A stretch of 63,183 nt of DNA, the filler included, from Perkinsus olseni (Eukaryota), in assembly GCA_013115125.1 (NCBI GenBank). It is 39 parts of 39 records of this genome, joined end to end, with 100 filler letters (N's around TTAATTAATTAA, not from the genome) between each part and the next. Parts side by side here need not be neighbours in the genome. Positions count along the whole stretch, not along the records: positions 23,031 to 24,561 come from JABANN010001849.1; positions 24,662 to 26,189 come from JABANN010001850.1; positions 26,290 to 27,815 come from JABANN010001851.1; positions 27,916 to 29,441 come from JABANN010001852.1; positions 29,542 to 31,066 come from JABANN010001853.1; positions 31,167 to 32,685 come from JABANN010001854.1; positions 32,786 to 34,303 come from JABANN010001855.1; positions 34,404 to 35,918 come from JABANN010001856.1; 31 more parts are not named here. One strand, 5' to 3'. Below, piece after piece: positions 24,127 to 36,057 of this stretch (positions within the stretch are counted from its first letter, which is position 1; every line of letters begins with the position of its first letter). Below the pieces are notes generated by a model. The model saw only the letters and a program-made list of their open reading frames with translations. It was not told the DNA's origin and ran no database searches. Made by a program: the position numbers and the translations under genes.

Positions 24127-24359
24127 TGTACCGCAGTACCACCGCTCCAATTGTGTGGTGAGCGGCACCCCTCAGCCGCTGCACTCTCAATTGACGACGT
24201 GAACTCAGACATTAGGAAGACTTGAGTCAAGATGGCTACGCACAATCTCTCCGCTCCGCGAGACGCCCCCCGCCGGTCACGTCACCCGTGACCGTCTCCT
24301 GAGCCTCCACGCGCGCGCCGCACGCGCGCCAACCTTTAGCTGGCACCGCGCCAGCTACA
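24127..24359 (-). mobile_element. Putative 3' LTR (233 bp, TGTA...TACA) containing an SL copy
   Basis: Starts 2 nt after an AGGGGG purine tract at the end of an integrase-like frame; TGTAGC/GGTACA termini; SL match at 24242-24221. Confidence 0.65.
24221..24242 (-). other. Spliced-leader copy within the LTR
   Basis: CGTAGCCATCTTGACTCAAG, 19/20 to the SL 3' 20-mer; followed by TCTTCC, not GT. Confidence 0.82.
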
Positions 24360-24561
24360 CGCCCCCTGGAGGAGGTGGAACAGGCTCGTCTAAACGGTGA
24401 ACAGCCTCAGGAGAGATGCGCTTCAAATGGTATAAGTGGACAGGACGAGTGTGAGCACAAGTAGCAGTGCGGACAAGGTAAACTTCGCGAGAAATGCAGG
24501 AAACAATCCGACAGGGCTCGAAGAAACGCCGAGACTTCTTTTGGAGACCGAAACGACGCAC
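24355..24561 (-). mobile_element. Gypsy-like integrase C-terminus
   Basis: KKSRRFFEPCRIV...VYLV...PVHLYHLKR resembles the GPY/F module (KL-x-x-x-F-x-GP ... VH-x-x-x-LK). Confidence 0.6.
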
Positions 24562-25109
24562 NNNNNNNNNNNNNNNNNNNNNNNNNNNNNNNNNNNNNNN
24601 NNNNNTTAATTAATTAANNNNNNNNNNNNNNNNNNNNNNNNNNNNNNNNNNNNNNNNNNNNCCGAATAATCGATCCGAGGCCAAGAAGTAAGATGTGACG
24701 CAGCAGGTTTAGCAATAACACGTAACGGAAGTCAGGGGTCCGTCATTGTGCCGCCTATTTGGAGTGAGAATATGCCTCATATGGAGCAATTTTGCATCCT
24801 ATTAGCATCGAGCTGAGATACTTGAGGTCTGGTTTGGTTGTTTAGTGGCCTTACTATAGCATTTATCACTGCAAGTCGAACTTAGAGCAGAACGCCTGCT
24901 ATCCAACAGACTCGATCGTCAGTAAAGGTTCATCTTAGGGTCGTATTATACGACCGTCAATGTCGCAGGTCAATATCTTATACGACCCGTATAAGATATT
25001 GACCTGGAAAGGGTATAAGAGGACGAAGGACTAGAGACGAGCTGTATATGCGCCCTATGCCATACCTTTCCCGATCTTAGACAAATGAGGCGTCCCGATC
25101 TACTTGAAA

Positions 25110-25610
25110 CTACACTACGACGATCGGCTGCGGCAAACTCACCTGGATCCCTTCTTCTCTGTGAGTGAAACCGCTAGCATGCGCGAAGAAACAACCCGAT
25201 GCTAAGAGCTTTCCCGAATCACTGAGCCTTTCGACGGGCATGTTGAACCTAACGAGCAAAAAGACGCTGGAAAGAAGCCGTATCACAGAGTCTGCATGCA
25301 CGTCATCGAGAGATTCGCTCCGCGGCCAACGAAGAAAGAAGTAATGGAACAGACTGAGTAATAACACCGACTTGCACGCCAGGTGTGCAAGTCGGATTTT
25401 GACTACACATGATCTAGTGGTGTGCCACACTTTGATAGAAGCATACTGGGAACCACATTGACGAGCAAGATGACCTTTTTTGAGAGGGCCCAGGCCCGCG
25501 AAATCCATGGTTTCGGGGCACGGACCAGAATAGTAATACGGGGCGTGACAGTGCTTGTCATCTCCTTCCTCGTTCCAGTGTTCCTATCGACTACAGCATA
25601 ATTCAATATG
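25110..25610 (-). pseudogene. Scrambled, degenerate LTR retrotransposon fragments
   Basis: KKGHLARQC (half zinc knuckle); RWPRSESLDDVHADSVIRLL...RFNMPVERLSDSG (integrase core-like). Confidence 0.5.
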
Positions 25611-26946
25611 GCAAATACACCCTTCGGGATGTCTTCGAGGCAAGGCTACCCTCGGCCAAGGTATTTTCTATCCGGCTTCGACCACCAGGACTGTGTCCTC
25701 TTGATGCGGCTATCAAATCACTTCATATATCATTACCACTTAAGAGTGTCAAGTCTCAAGTTGAGACTGAACCAAGCCTACGCTTGGCTTCCTTGAAATA
25801 AAATCTTTATGTCTCTAGATTGTGCTGCTATGTCTTTCCCCACTACTCTCTGTTGCATTTGCAGTCTATCGAGCCGTAGATTACGGCCAAGGGCGTAATC
25901 AGCGGCAGCAGGATAGTGCAACTGCGGAGAGGCGCGTAACCGGTATATCAGTAGCAGTCCTACCTTAAACCAGGCGAAGCTGATATTTTGATCGCATCTC
26001 CACGACTCAAAGTCAGAGTGTGAATAGTCGCAACAAGTGACGTCAGGGCAGTCAGACGGATCATTGGTGCAAGGATCTGGTGGAAGAAACTGCTTGAAGA
26101 TTGAATGATGTATGCAAACACTGAAGCAATTGCTCGCAGTGAAAAGCTTCCATTCTAGGCGGTTCCTACTGGGCACGCCTTACAGCTTCNNNNNNNNNNN
26201 NNNNNNNNNNNNNNNNNNNNNNNNNNNNNNNNNTTAATTAATTAANNNNNNNNNNNNNNNNNNNNNNNNNNNNNNNNNNNNNNNNNNNNTTTAAGACTCA
26301 AAGTTTGAGTTCACGGAAATTGACGAACACGATGCGAAATAGGCTGTACACAACGCAACAGTGAAATCTTGCACGCTTTGAACACGTTGGTAGTATAGCA
26401 GTTAGCTTCGCAGTGTGAACCCCCACACAGAGCTTATCTAGGGATGCCAAATTCGTTATATTCACGGGGTGATCTGCAGACCGCAGGCATAACGTAGACC
26501 CATAAAAGCGCGACTGTGGCGTGCCCTTTCTTGTGTTTGATAGCGCGCGCCCGTAACCCGCAGTTTTTGCCTCCTGCGGCGGAACTAGCAGCCTTGAGCA
26601 TTCGAGCGGATAGGATATGGGTCTGTAGGCACTGTGGAGTAGTGTGGCGGAAATTCAGGCTAAATCCATTGCACCTGAGTACTCTACACCGAAGATTCGC
26701 AAAGTGTCAAACGTGCGCCATTTTCAAGGCGGAGCGTAGTTGTGTCTCTTTTTTTGCGCCACGTCACGCGCGCGGCCCATGGAAATAGGTTAGTGTTTTG
26801 GTGTAAACGTTTCGTTTGAGACGAGATATAGCAGTGACACCATTTTAGAATAAGTAGAGTCGATTTGCAAAGTTTCAGCGAATTTTAACGGCTGGGAGTC
26901 GAGAAGGGTGTCTGGGTATAGCTTGGGGCCCCTAGATATAGACGGT

Positions 26947-27064
26947 CACTCTCCCGACCATTTAGCGCGCGCCTCGCTGGGGCCCTTCCCGCTCGGCGAC
27001 ATTTCCCTGGGCATACAGCATGGCGCTAAACCCCCGTACACCAAGGATGCGGGTGCGAGCAACG
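26947..27064. mobile_element. 118-bp insertion flanked by a 10-bp direct repeat (SINE-like or unknown)
   Basis: TATAGACGGT at 26937-26946 and 27065-27074; internal similarity to 58525-58594. Confidence 0.6.
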
Positions 27065-27489
27065 TATAGACGGTGAGAATATAACTAAAAACCATCGTCC
27101 TGTCGGTTGTCATTCGTTTCTCCCTCACCGGGCGACGTACCGGAGGTACAAGGTAGATCGCATAACGCAAACGGTGGTAGAGACAGAAAGAAAAGCGACA
27201 TTCTCGTTTTCTGGGGCGGTTCGGCCAGCAAACCTGTCCGAACCGCATTTTCTGAGCACTCCCGCGACGTGTAATGCGCAGTGCATAATGAAGTGAATAA
27301 TGCACAAATTAAGCGCAGTGCACTTAATGCACAATGCACGTCACTCGTCATACATGTGCAACGTCTCCTATGGTCGATATATTAAATTTAATCTAATAGA
27401 TTAACTGATCGATCATAACAATTTAGCTATCATCCTAAACATCATCTCAGGATCTCTGCTGCACGTTGAAAAATTTGTATGAAAACTGT

Positions 27490-27560
27490 GATATGCCAGG
27501 ATCGAACCTGGGTGGCGGAGATTTCCAGTCGATCGCTCGGCCTACTCGACTAGTGATTGC
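27490..27560 (-). pseudogene. Degenerate tRNA(Ser)-like sequence or SINE head
   Basis: A-box-like TAGTCGAGTAGG, GCGATCGACTGGAAATC, B-box CCAGGTTCGATCCTGG; acceptor and anticodon stems do not pair properly. Confidence 0.4.
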
Positions 27561-28025
27561 ACGAGGAGACATCGTAATCTTGCGCGGAGACAGTTTCATT
27601 GTGCGCAGAGACAGACCTAATCTTGCGCAGATGTCTCTAAGTTGTACGCACACACATGAAATGTTTTAAGTTATTTCTCGAGAACTACTCGACAGATTTT
27701 GACCAACATTCGCGTGCTGTCTTAGTTGGACCATTTGGCACCTTTTTGCAAAGTTTGAGAAAATTCTGACGGTGAACAGAAAAAAAGACCACTTTTTTGG
27801 GGCACCTTTAGCCTTNNNNNNNNNNNNNNNNNNNNNNNNNNNNNNNNNNNNNNNNNNNNTTAATTAATTAANNNNNNNNNNNNNNNNNNNNNNNNNNNNN
27901 NNNNNNNNNNNNNNNACGATCCAATGTGACTCGACGCGTCACCGATACATAAGCCTGTACGGCACGACTAATACTCATTCTTCAACAGCGTGGAGCGACT
28001 ACGAAGCAGGGACTGATACATGTGG

Positions 28026-29350
28026 CTACAGGTTTCCGATCAGAGCATGGAAGAGAGAATTCTTGTTCCACGGGAAGAGATCGGCCCGGCCTTTCTGTCG
28101 TAGTGATGCTTGCAGAGAAATACCATGAAGCCCATGCGCGTGGGCCACCTTGATCTTGTTGACAGCACATGGCTGCGAGAAGAAGTAGTAGTAGCCGCCC
28201 TGACCGTTGTACCAAGAGCCGTTGCCCTGTGGATTGGCATGAAAAGTATATATGAGCATCGAGTACCCGAGATCAATAGAACCGTAGTCCGATCGCGCGA
28301 GGAGAGGCACCTGAGATGAAGCAATAATGATGGGAACATAAATAAGGGGTTCTCGATTTGCACTGAAGCAACGAAGACTGAACGTGAAAGACGACTCTTG
28401 TTCACGATACTATTCGAACGTACATCTAGAACCATTTTGCCAGGATCCACGCCCGCCGCAGAAGCGTTCCGGATGGCTTTGACGGCGAACTGGTCTGTGT
28501 TGAACGCGGCTGTATCGTTCTTGTCATTATATCTTGGCCATAGAGAGAGGAAGGTGATATTGGCGATTCCTCCCACTTTGCCCTTCGCGAATGCATCGAG
28601 CTTGGCGGGTTGCAACCTGACAACCCAACTGTCTCAGGTGAGTGCAGCCGGATCACAGTGGCTTGTGTAGTAATGCATAAGACGAGATTCACACCAGCCT
28701 ACACATAATTCATAGGTTTGTGCGATTCCCGCGTGTGCAGTGTCCGACAAGTAAGGCCACTGGCTCTTCCTGATGCACCGCAAGACTTACCGGATTGATG
28801 AGATCAGCCCTAGCTCGTTGATAGTCTCCAAAGCCTCTTTCACATGCTCGGCGGTCTGGTCACGATAGGGGAGAAAGCCCGCTATTCTGAAGCCGTCGAC
28901 AGGGAAGAGCTTCACGAACTTGGCCACATTGTTGCGGAAGAGCGTCTTGTTGAAAGGTTTTCCATACACGCCTTGCTGGTCGCGAATGTCACCCAGTAGC
29001 CTGCCGCCTCGGGCTCGCACTTTCTCCCTCAGAGCCATGAACCCAGTCTGATTCCATCGGCTAGTAGCGTTGGACACAGCGAGGAACCTGATATCACTTC
29101 TCATCAGCGCGAGGCCGCCGAGCACGAAGTTCTTCACGCCCTTATCGAGGAGGTAATCGAAGTAGCCATCCCAGGTGTAGTTGGGGTTTTTGGGGCACAG
29201 CGTTTCGTTGAAACAGATGGGGGCCTCCTTTACCGCCCAAGGGTGGAACACATCCTCGTAGAACTCTAGATGGCTAGAAGGGGAGGGGGTTGGGCGCAAG
29301 AAAGCTGCCGACACGACGGTGCACAAGCACAGGTTGGCGTAGTTCCTCAT
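28026..29350 (-). CDS. Secreted GH18 chitinase-like protein, 3 exons (29350-28791, 28616-28424, 28310-28026), 345 aa
   Basis: Signal peptide; GT-AG introns join in frame; PVDGFRI, AGVDPGKMVLDVPLLAR, KIKVAHAHGLHGI follow the GH18 barrel pattern. Confidence 0.75.
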
Positions 29351-29541
29351 GAGGTGAACTGGAGGGGGAAAACTGCAGGGCTTGTTGTTTCACATGCGAC
29401 ATTCACAGCGAGACAGACGACTCTTAAAGAGAAAGCTAATGNNNNNNNNNNNNNNNNNNNNNNNNNNNNNNNNNNNNNNNNNNNNTTAATTAATTAANNN
29501 NNNNNNNNNNNNNNNNNNNNNNNNNNNNNNNNNNNNNNNNN

Positions 29542-31066
29542 AGCTCTTTCAAGCAAAACTTCGATCACTCCGAGTCCACTTTTTCCTCACCCCGATGTGA
29601 CTCATGCCGCCCCAACGGATCTTTAAGGTGTACTCCCACAGAACCTCGCCGCTCATTTGCCGCGCAGTTGGGATCTCGAAGTCGCTGAACTCTACTTCAG
29701 CTTTGATCAGTACCTGCCGAGATGGCCCAAACCCTTCCCAGCGAGGCAATGCTGGTTACTTTCTCTCGTGATGTCTTCTGCCAGTACTTCAGATCCAGCG
29801 AGACTACCTTCATAAGCTTCCCGTCGGAAGTCGCGCCCCGGGTCAAAACAACAGGGATGGCGTCCTAGCAGCACGCTTGAGGTCCCCGCACTAGCAAGAA
29901 TCGCTCACCGCCAGCGGTGCTTCAATGGAAGCGTACTCGACCGAACTGAAGGCGCGGCGCGAAATGTAAAAGAGTATCGTCCCTGACCAACACGGAGTTA
30001 CAATGAAGCTGCTGCTGGCGCTGGAGGCCATCACCAGATTGGCCTTCGAACCACCGAGGCAGCAAGAGCTTCTCATTGGGTATCTCATCCATCACGCATG
30101 ACAGCTCTATAGGTGCCGTAGAGCCATCATTGCTCGGGCCACAGTAGTCACCGCTGGCTAGGGCACCGAAGCTCAGTCGGTCGATCGCGACCTGTAGATC
30201 TTCGCTCAACTCAACTCGAGGAGACAAGGCCTACAGTGTCCTCCTCGTCTACTATACGGCATTTCTCTCCGTGCTCAACCACTTGCCACAGCGGAATGGC
30301 CCGTCCGAATCCACGGCAGTTCGAGAAGAATGGAAGATGCGACAGCCACAAAGTCTTTCGTCTGCTGGTGAAGTAGTTGCCGGCCCAAAGATACTCGTCG
30401 TAGTCGGCCGGATGTCGCATACAGTTGGTGAGAACCTCTTTCCGGGGCAGCCACGAGAGGAGGGCCTTACTCAGAATACCCCTCTGAGACAAGGCCACGA
30501 CCCCAGACACGCTCGACTGCTTTTCGAGGTTGTCGTACTTGACATCAAGGTTCGTGGTAACCCGATCGGGAGCAGCCAGCGGTGTATTGAAGGGCAGAGC
30601 CACGCCGCTGTCGTGCCGTAGTTCCATAACGAAGGCGCTGGAAGTGCCTAGAAGGTTCCTGCTCGGCTGTAGGACCTCCACCGAGGTCGTGCGAATGTAG
30701 CTGAATCGATCGGACATGACCATGCCGTTGAGGATCTGCACTTCCACTCGGAACTGGATATCGACCAAGGCGTGGAGCTCCAGCTCAATCACCTTCGGCT
30801 GGCCTGAGTGGTCCTGACCGCCCCTGCACGCGGTGGTCGATATGGACTGCGTGAAGCCGAAGCCAACGCAGAGAGGATCGGTTATGCTCGGACACAGACC
30901 GCTGGAGGCCATCATGAACCTCTCCAGGGCTATCGGCATACCCACCATAGTGCAATTGTACGTTCGCAGGTTGTCCTCGCGCACATCGGCAAGGCTGCCA
31001 AAGTAAAGCTCCTTGTCTAAGTACCATCGGGTCCATATATCCTCACAGACTTGAGAGTCGTCGAAG
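29542..31066 (-). CDS. Internal multi-exon fragment of a large hypothetical protein
   Basis: Open frame of more than 250 codons (...WLSHLPFFSNCRGFG...) plus a downstream exon IELSCVMDEIPNEKLLLPRWFE. Confidence 0.65.
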
Positions 31067-31166
31067 NNNNNNNNNNNNNNNNNNNNNNNNNNNNNNNNNN
31101 NNNNNNNNNNTTAATTAATTAANNNNNNNNNNNNNNNNNNNNNNNNNNNNNNNNNNNNNNNNNNNN

Positions 31167-31682
31167 TGGTTCCAGTGCTTTCACCGCTTCTGCGTGGCCG
31201 TGATGTTGGCGACTGTCACTCCTGAAAAAGTTGACGATAAGGCCAAACTCGAAATCGACTGGCTGACCCTACAAGGTTACGGTTTCCGGGTGGCGCAAGT
31301 TGCATCTCTCTATGGATGGGAGATGGCATTGGAAGTTGACGAGGCCTTTCGCAGGTTTGTCGACAAAGCCTACTCCGAGGCCCATATCTCTTTAAGCGAT
31401 TGCTACAAAAATATCGCGAAGTTCTCCCAGCTCAAGGTGGACGTCAGGCTCAACGCTAAAGATTTCCAGAAAGCTGACGCGGGTCGCGCTACTAGCCGTG
31501 CGGTTTCCGGTGACTCCAAGGGAAGTAAGTCGAGTAATGGCCAAAAGAAGAAGCGCAAGCGTGGTTTATGTTATGAGTTTATCGGCGGACGCTGCGAATA
31601 TGGTGACGACTGTAAGTTCTTGCACGAGAGGAGGGGTGCCGCCGATGCCTCCAAGAGCCAAGCTGCGGCCAAGAAGAAGTGA
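31167..31682 (+). mobile_element. Ngaro-like ORF1 C-terminus with CCCH zinc finger
   Basis: YGWEMALEVDEAFRR motif, basic linker, CYEFIGGRCEYGDDCKFLH (C-x7-C-x5-C-x3-H). Confidence 0.7.
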
Positions 31683-32108
31683 GCGAGGGACGAGGTCGCG
31701 TGAGTGTGTCATCTGATCTGTGAATTTCTTTAATCGTTTCACGACTTGTGGTTTCTTGTGTTGGTGACCCGATGCGCTATGCTGCGAAAGGGCATAGGGG
31801 AGATCGGGGTGGTCTCCGCAGTGAGCAAGGCGTTGAGTGCCGAGCGCTACTGCACAAGGGAGACGTGGGCTCTAGCCAGGCGACGCCGAGGATTCGAAAC
31901 GTTCTCGTTGCGGTCGTGTGCTGAGCTCAAACGAGCGAGTCTGGCTCGCTCGTGGTGGTCCGTCACCTACGGTCATGTCTGTGGGTGGCATGGTTTGGTC
32001 TGGGGCGCGGACGTCCATGGCCGGAGCTGCGCTGGGATGTCAGTTGGTTGACATTTAGTCAGCATATGGCCCGAGCGGTGATCAAGGTTGGGGTCTCAGG
32101 GGTCCTGA

Positions 32109-32685
32109 TTGGGGGAGGCACCAAGCTGCTCTCTGAGTAATGGCCGCTCCTCGAATTGTGCTGGCGTCTGCGACTGGACTATTGAGCTTGCTCAGTGTGT
32201 CTCTTTCAGATTAACCCCCCGCGGGTTGAGTGTGCTATGTTGCGGTCTGGCGGCTCAGGGGCTGGAAGACTGCTGGCAAATCGAAGCCCGAGAAGCCGAG
32301 GAACTCTACGACGGTAGTGGGATCGCCGCGAGAGTGTGTACAGAGTTCCGGCTCGATCCGTCGGCAAAGATAGAGTCTATTGGATCTATGTTGCGGGACG
32401 AGGTGGAGCAGATATGTGGATCAGATCTGGGGAAGGACCTAGATGTGTGGATCTCACTGGGACGCGAGGGCCAGCTCCACAGTGATTTCTGGGATAAAGC
32501 GAAGCCAACTCTCACGTCATGTGCGGAGAGACTCCGGAAAAAATGGGCTGATGTGCTTGGAGTGGGCGTTCGTAAGGCTGCGGTGGGAGGCAACATACGC
32601 GTTCCCTTGATGAAGGCCATCTTGGAGGCCATGCAGGAGGAGACGGCGGAGGGTCTGGATGTTAGCTATCTTGATGAGATGGACC
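32109..32685 (+). mobile_element. Probable pre-RT region of ORF2 of the same element, truncated
   Basis: Intronless open frame downstream of the CCCH ORF1, ending IRVPLMKAILEAMQ...DVSYLDEMD; no RT motif reached. Confidence 0.45.
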
Positions 32686-32785
32686 NNNNNNNNNNNNNNN
32701 NNNNNNNNNNNNNNNNNNNNNNNNNNNNNTTAATTAATTAANNNNNNNNNNNNNNNNNNNNNNNNNNNNNNNNNNNNNNNNNNNN

Positions 32786-34303
32786 TCGAAACACTGGGCT
32801 AAAACGCGTCTAGTGGCTTCACAGAGTAATAGTCGAGAACGCTCTTGCTCTGATCCAACAACCTTACACTCGGTGTAGAAGGAAGTGAACCTGAAAGGAG
32901 GACAACGACCACTACGATGATGTTGATGGAGGGAATTAATTACTTGTTGGTGAGGTCCCACATGTACTCGCAAAGTCTATGACATTGAAGATCAGACAAG
33001 ACGGCTTGCATGACTTCCGCGAATCGAAGAATCTCCAAAGCCAAGGCTCGCTCCTTCTCCTCGGTGATGGTAACTTCCTCAGTCGAGAAATCGAGACCAG
33101 AACTGATCAAAAAGGGAATACCAAACAATTCGATTTGGAATGTATTATTACTGATAATCGAAACTAGCCTTCCTAAGGATACTGCAGATCCTCGCATACG
33201 CGTAGAGGAGGAAAACGGCGGTGTTCCCCTTCGGGTCGAGCATCTTGTCGAAATTGAATATGTAATTTGTTGTTCTGTTCTGGCGAAGGTCGAAGTATCG
33301 AACTGATGCAACACCTGAGCGGAAAGGAGTTTCTCATACCATCTTTTCCCCAAATCATTACCGATGATCTTCGATGCATTATCGAATTCTTCTTCCGTCA
33401 GTCCAGTGGATCGTCCGGCCGCTTCTCCTTCACCAGCGTTCAGCCGCGACTCCAATTCCTTCTTCGCTCGGTCCTCAGCCTCATCGAGGAGGTCAGTCAA
33501 CTTCACAGTGGTGCCCTAAAAAGAATTACCCATCATAAAATTGCTTCCATCAGCGACACCTACCGAACGAGTTTTGAACTTTTTGCCGTCTTCCCCACAG
33601 ACGACACCAAAACCGAGATAGTCGAGTTTGGTTTGAGGGGGATGATGCCAACCCGCCATCTTGGCCACTTCGAAGAGTTTCTTGAAATGAACTTCTTGCC
33701 CGAGATCGGTTATATAAACAACTTCATCGGCGTGCAGTTGAGTTAATCTGTACCAAACTGCAGTGACGTCGGTACTGTCATAACCATAACCGCCATCACT
33801 CTTAACGACCATCATCGGCACCTGAGGAAATTATAATATTAACAAAATAATAATCACCGATGCCGCTGATGATTTACTTCATCAATATCAGTAAAGATGC
33901 ACTTCGCTCCGTTTGACTCGACCACGAGTCCCTGCTTCTCCAACATCTCAACGACCGGTCCGATCATTTCGTTATAGAAACTTTCACCTTGTTCCTTCAA
34001 CCCTTTAATACCGAGGCGACGGTAAACCTGATAATGAAGAAGAAGATGATGATAATGATGATGAAACTCCTCCGATGGTGAATATTAAATTACTTCTTCA
34101 AAACTCTTCCTCGAGATGTCACAGCAAATCTGCCATGCCTTCCTCGCGTATTCATCACCCGACTGGAGGGCGACGACTTCCTCCTGGGAACGTTTCTTGA
34201 ACTCGGGTTCCTCGTCGAAACTGAACGACACTCGAAGACCCTCCGACCGGGGATCATACTACCGTTTCTTAGCCGCCTTGTAAAACGTCTGCAGATCAGA
34301 GAC
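32786..34303 (-). CDS. RARS: Arginyl-tRNA synthetase, internal multi-exon fragment
   Basis: [41 protein letters not shown] (KMSKS equivalent), [26 protein letters not shown]; short GT-AG introns. Confidence 0.97.
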
Positions 34304-34403
34304 NNNNNNNNNNNNNNNNNNNNNNNNNNNNNNNNNNNNNNNNNNNNTTAATTAATTAANNNNNNNNNNNNNNNNNNNNNNNNNNNNNNNNNNNNNNNNN
34401 NNN

Positions 34404-35918
34404 GATTCCCGCCCCGTTCCATCAGTGTCTATGTTTTGGCAGAGTTCTGGTCGGCTTTGGGTTGCTACGTGGCGGCGAGGACCAGAGGGGCTGATCCAAC
34501 CTGCCACACAACCTGTCTCCACTTTTAACGCAAGAAAGGTATAGGGTAGACACCCAGAGCTCCGGTGGCACGAGACAACACACCCTCTCTCGTGCACTTC
34601 AATGCTTCCGCCAAAGGCCTTTCATCAAATCCGCGAAGCAGCTTCGAAGTTCCGCAAAGCTCCCAGGCTGCTGCGTCTCCGAGACGCCCTGCTAGCCTGT
34701 ACGAGACAGAGGTCGTGGGTATCTCATGAGCAAAGATCAACTCACCGTTGCCAGTCATCCAAGGACCGACTAAGTCTGTGCGGCGGTCGATCGTGTCCCA
34801 TCATCCTCTCACTCGGAGGAGTGCTTCGCTGTATTTCTCTCCAATCTAGAGTGACTCTGTCGGTCACAAATTCTACTGAGCGTTTAGCATGCTCGCTGTA
34901 CCGCGCTGAAAGTACGGTTGGGTCGATCGAACGCTGACAGCCGGTCGCGGAAGGTGCGCTGTTCGCCCAAGCGTAAAGCGCACGGCGAGTGATCGATCTC
35001 TGCCGAGCTGTCTTGATACGGCAGGCTAGCACCGATAATCGAAGAGATGCTCGAGCGAGGCTCTTCCATAATCTGAGGAAACGCATATGCTGAGGATGTC
35101 GAAGAGAGGAGGACTATTCCCACCTAAAAAGGCAACGGAGAGACCGCTGGTTCCTCCGCCCGGAGGATAGGTTCTTCCAGCAGCTAAATGCACTGAGTAG
35201 TTTGCTCCACTTCAGGATGAGCTCCTGACGATAGAGGGCTTTGCGTAGCCAGCAGAGCAGCTCGACCATACCACTCTTTCCCCAACTCTAGTCACCCTGG
35301 TGGCTCTATACCAGCGACCGAAGTGTCTCATACGCTGCTTCTGTCGAACGTCATACGCGTGTTCCAAACGCCTGCACATCGATGCAAATTCATCACTGAT
35401 CATGCACGGGTCCGCCAACCTGCGCCGCTCTCGATAGAAATTCGACCAGATAGTCAAACATCGACCAGCCAGCCGGCTGACCCTCTCCGCTTCCCCAGTA
35501 CCGGATAACGCCACCGCTCGGGTTAATTGCAGCCAGGCGAGTAGGGCTCTTCTGGTGGGTTTCAAATGTGCCCTCTCGCGCAGAGTCTCCCTCGAGACCT
35601 TCTGCTTGGCGACGTATCCAGCCCAAACCGCTGCGACTTCCGCCAGTCTCTTATCAGTGAACCTTACACGAGAAATACGACGAGCTCCTTCATCGCCCAT
35701 CCCAGGCGGGCCATCAATCGCTCCAGCCCGCCTCACCTAGCCGTGATCGCAGTTTCCACCTCCCTCCACAGTTCTCTGATGTTCTCTAAACTACGTGTCC
35801 ACCGACGCCAGACCGTCGCAAGGAGGCGACCGTCGAGGGAATCGCCGCTGCCAGCCCTGTAGAGCCTTCCCTGAGCAGACCAAAACTCGAAAGCGTCCGT
35901 GTCCCGATCGGTGGACCT
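34404..35918 (-). CDS. Sfi1-like Trp-repeat helical protein, multi-exon fragment
   Basis: Periodic motifs ALLAWLQL, CLTIWSNF, HFGRWYRA, FLRLWKSL, ALYAWANS in an Arg-rich helical context. Confidence 0.5.
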
Positions 35919-36057
35919 NNNNNNNNNNNNNNNNNNNNNNNNNNNNNNNNNNNNNNNNNNNNTTAATTAATTAANNNNNNNNNNNNNNNNNNNNNNNNNN
36001 NNNNNNNNNNNNNNNNNNTGCTGCTGCTGCTGATAATGCAAGCTTGTCCCTGTTCAG

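Noticed and set aside
26439-26460. Ac-like TAGGGATG terminus (similar words at 18212-18262)
   Set aside because: No partner TIR or clean 8-bp TSD could be identified.
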